Source: Centroscyllium fabricii (Eukaryota). Taken from it: a stretch of 64,000 nt of DNA. Location: NCBI GenBank assembly GCA_051313645.2, contig JBNRSN020000026.1, positions 41,850,001 through 41,914,000 on the forward strand, in the 5' to 3' direction. The notes under the pieces are model-generated. The model worked only from the letters and a program-made list of their open reading frames with translations, was not told the origin of the DNA and made no database searches. Below are positions 61,653 through 64,000 of this stretch, in pieces (the stretch's first letter is position 1; each line of letters opens with the position of its first letter). The position numbers and the translations under genes were made by a program.

Positions 61653-62890
61653 CGGTATTTAGTTTATCGACGTACTCAAAATACTCATCCCTAGAAATGA
61701 AATTTGACCTTTTAAATAAAAAACAAAGAAAAGAAAGTTCCATGGAACGTAATGTATTTACTGCATTAAACTCGGAATCAGTGCTGGGTAAATTCTGCAG
61801 TACCCTGTATTGTAAAACACCATTGTTGTATGCAGATTAAATTTGTGGAATCTGCTCTATTATATTGAGGCTAATTGATAAGAGGAGTTTGTGTACAATA
61901 CATTTATGCATGTTGTGAATTAATCCGATTTGGGCCATTGCAGAAGAACACTGAAGCTGAAATGAAATGCAAATTGAAAGCAGATCAATGTCTCCCTTTT
62001 GCTGCTGGTCATTATGAGGCGACCCTAAACAATGCCTTATTAAAAATCCATTTATTTTGAGCATTTACATTTTCTGAGTGGAGCTGTCGAGAACAATGCT
62101 CATGATACCACGAAAGAATAACATTGTTGCTTTTACCATAACATAGAGTAGAATTAATAATTCATTGCTTTGCAATATTTTGAAAAGTGTAAGGCATTTG
62201 GCGGGCTTTACATGAATGTGGTGTGTGCTTTGCATTTAACGCTTCATCAACCTTTTCCGTGAACTGTGAGGACGGTCACTGCTCAAGTCTACATCCAAAT
62301 CATATCGGACAGAATTTCCAGTGAGGCACTACAGTGTAAATATTGAGCACAACAACAGAGATGTATTTTCAGACATGGTACTGGAGCTAATGAAGATGCT
62401 CGTGTTCTCCTTCAGTAGCAGTGGAGATGGCATTTTCAGCTTTAATGCAGCTTGACAAAAAATAATGCAAAGGGCTTATTGCTGAAAGTAATTTTGACTC
62501 AACACAGTGACTCTTTGCTCCTTTCATGGTTCACTAGGCGCCACTTGGTGTGACATCTAAGTTAATCAAATCAAGAAGGTCACAAATGTCCGCATTACTT
62601 AGCTTAATCCTTGCTGGGCTGTAGCCTCCGCATTACTGGGCTGGAGTTGCAAATTGGACAAGAGTCCCAGTTCCTGATTGCTATCCAGGCCCCCCCCAGC
62701 CAGAAAGTGCATGGGTGTGGATGGTAAGTAAGGACATCAGGTTTGTTTTTGACATTCCCTGGAGTTGAATAGCTTGATGACCCTCAATGCTGTGCTCACA
62801 TATAGAGATTGTCTACCTGGGAAAGATACTGTAGGGCTGCCAATACCCGAAGGGAATATAGACTGGCATGAGTCAGAGCTTTAAGTAATT

Positions 62891-63729
62891 GGGCCCTGTT
62901 TTCCTGTGCTCCAGAGGAGCTGCACCCCCACGAAGGGGGGTCAGAAATGCCTCGTGGGGGTGCAGCACGGGGGATGCCCACGAACGGGAATTTCCTGTGC
63001 TGATGGGCAAGGCCCTTCAGCTCCCAACGCAGGAAGACCTTGCACTGATGATTTCCTGTCAGAACGGGTGATTTTTAGAGAGTGATTCCGTGTGCAACTG
63101 GCTCACAAGCTGCCCACGAAAAAACCAGGAGTAAGAGGGAGAAGATTTAGTTTTTGAAGCAGGTAAGTTAATTTTTTAACTTTAATTTTAAGTTTTTACA
63201 GTTTTGGGGAGTAGTGTGGCCAGATCGGTAGCGTTAAATTTTTAAGTTAAAGTTTTTTTTTTAATTTAACAAATCAGATTTTAAGTTAATTTACCTGTTT
63301 CAAATCGCTAATTTTTAAAGTTACATTTCTGAAATTTTTAACTCTCTAGCTAATTAAAAAAAAAAAAAATCTAAGAGGAAAAAATCACTGACTTACCTTC
63401 CGTTTCTTCCTGTGAGAAGCTGCTGTGCCCCCGCGCTGCTCCCCGCGAGTCTGTTGTGCAGCTCCGCACTTCCCTGCTCTCACTAAGGTCGGACTCAGGA
63501 TCTCGTCATTTAAATTAGGGATCTGGGGGGTGTTTCTTATTTAAATTTGGGATCTGTGGGGGCGTGGCTGGACACACACCAACAAAAGCCAGACCCCTAC
63601 GCAGCACCCGAAGACGTTTTTTTAAACAGGAAATTGACGTTCTGTTTTCTGAAAAAAGTTGGTGCGTGCGATTCAGCATCCCCAGGGTCCTAGCGCACGC
63701 ACTAACCGGCACACAGGAAAACAGGGCCC
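62891..63729. mobile_element. Harbinger-type MITE sharing its core with 6047-6884
   Basis: TIR GGGCCCTGTTTTCCTGTG; flanked by AATT on both sides. Confidence 0.85.
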
Positions 63730-64000
63730 AATTGTCTTTAAAAAAATAATTGATCTATGGACTCTGGTCTCCGGCACTTAGGAGTTCAGGTGAAGATTTG
63801 TATTTTTATTTCAAATGTAAGTTTGCATTTTAAAATATGGCTATTTGGTCTGTCATCTTTTGCTCTGCACTCCTGCACCTCCCGGTTCCACATTCAGGTA
63901 AATATTCTTTTTTAAACTTATCTTTTTGGTAGCAACCTCCAGCAGTCCCTGCTGACTAGGCCGCGTGCACATCACGTTTTCCTGAACGTAGCCGGCACTA

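Overview
Vertebrate, almost certainly elasmobranch (shark/ray), intronic or intergenic DNA. The basis is HE1-type V-SINEs, HER1/CR1 LINEs and a Deu-domain SINE. Most of the window is nested transposable elements: several Ty3/Gypsy LTR elements and solo LTRs (with PBS, PPT and TSDs), CR1, L2 and Rex1/Babar LINE fragments, and tRNA SINEs. It also holds one decayed two-gene PIF/Harbinger element (Myb/SANT + DDE), many Harbinger-type and Tigger/pogo-type MITEs, and short Penelope-like hairpin insertions with hammerhead ribozyme cores. No host gene is recognisable; there is only one weak candidate exon pair. Most unusual observations: (1) a Penelope hairpin fixed in DNA with stem-restricted, strand-biased T>C hypermutation plus strictly compensatory A>G changes (ADAR-like); (2) MITEs that repeatedly amplify GCGCATGCGC/CAAAATGGC (NRF1/YY1-like) modules; (3) MITEs with inward-facing consensus 5' splice sites; (4) a Gypsy subfamily that spread without its integrase core; (5) CpG-rich Harbinger MITEs; (6) a VNTR-bearing non-autonomous retroelement. 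All alignments and coordinates were made by eye.
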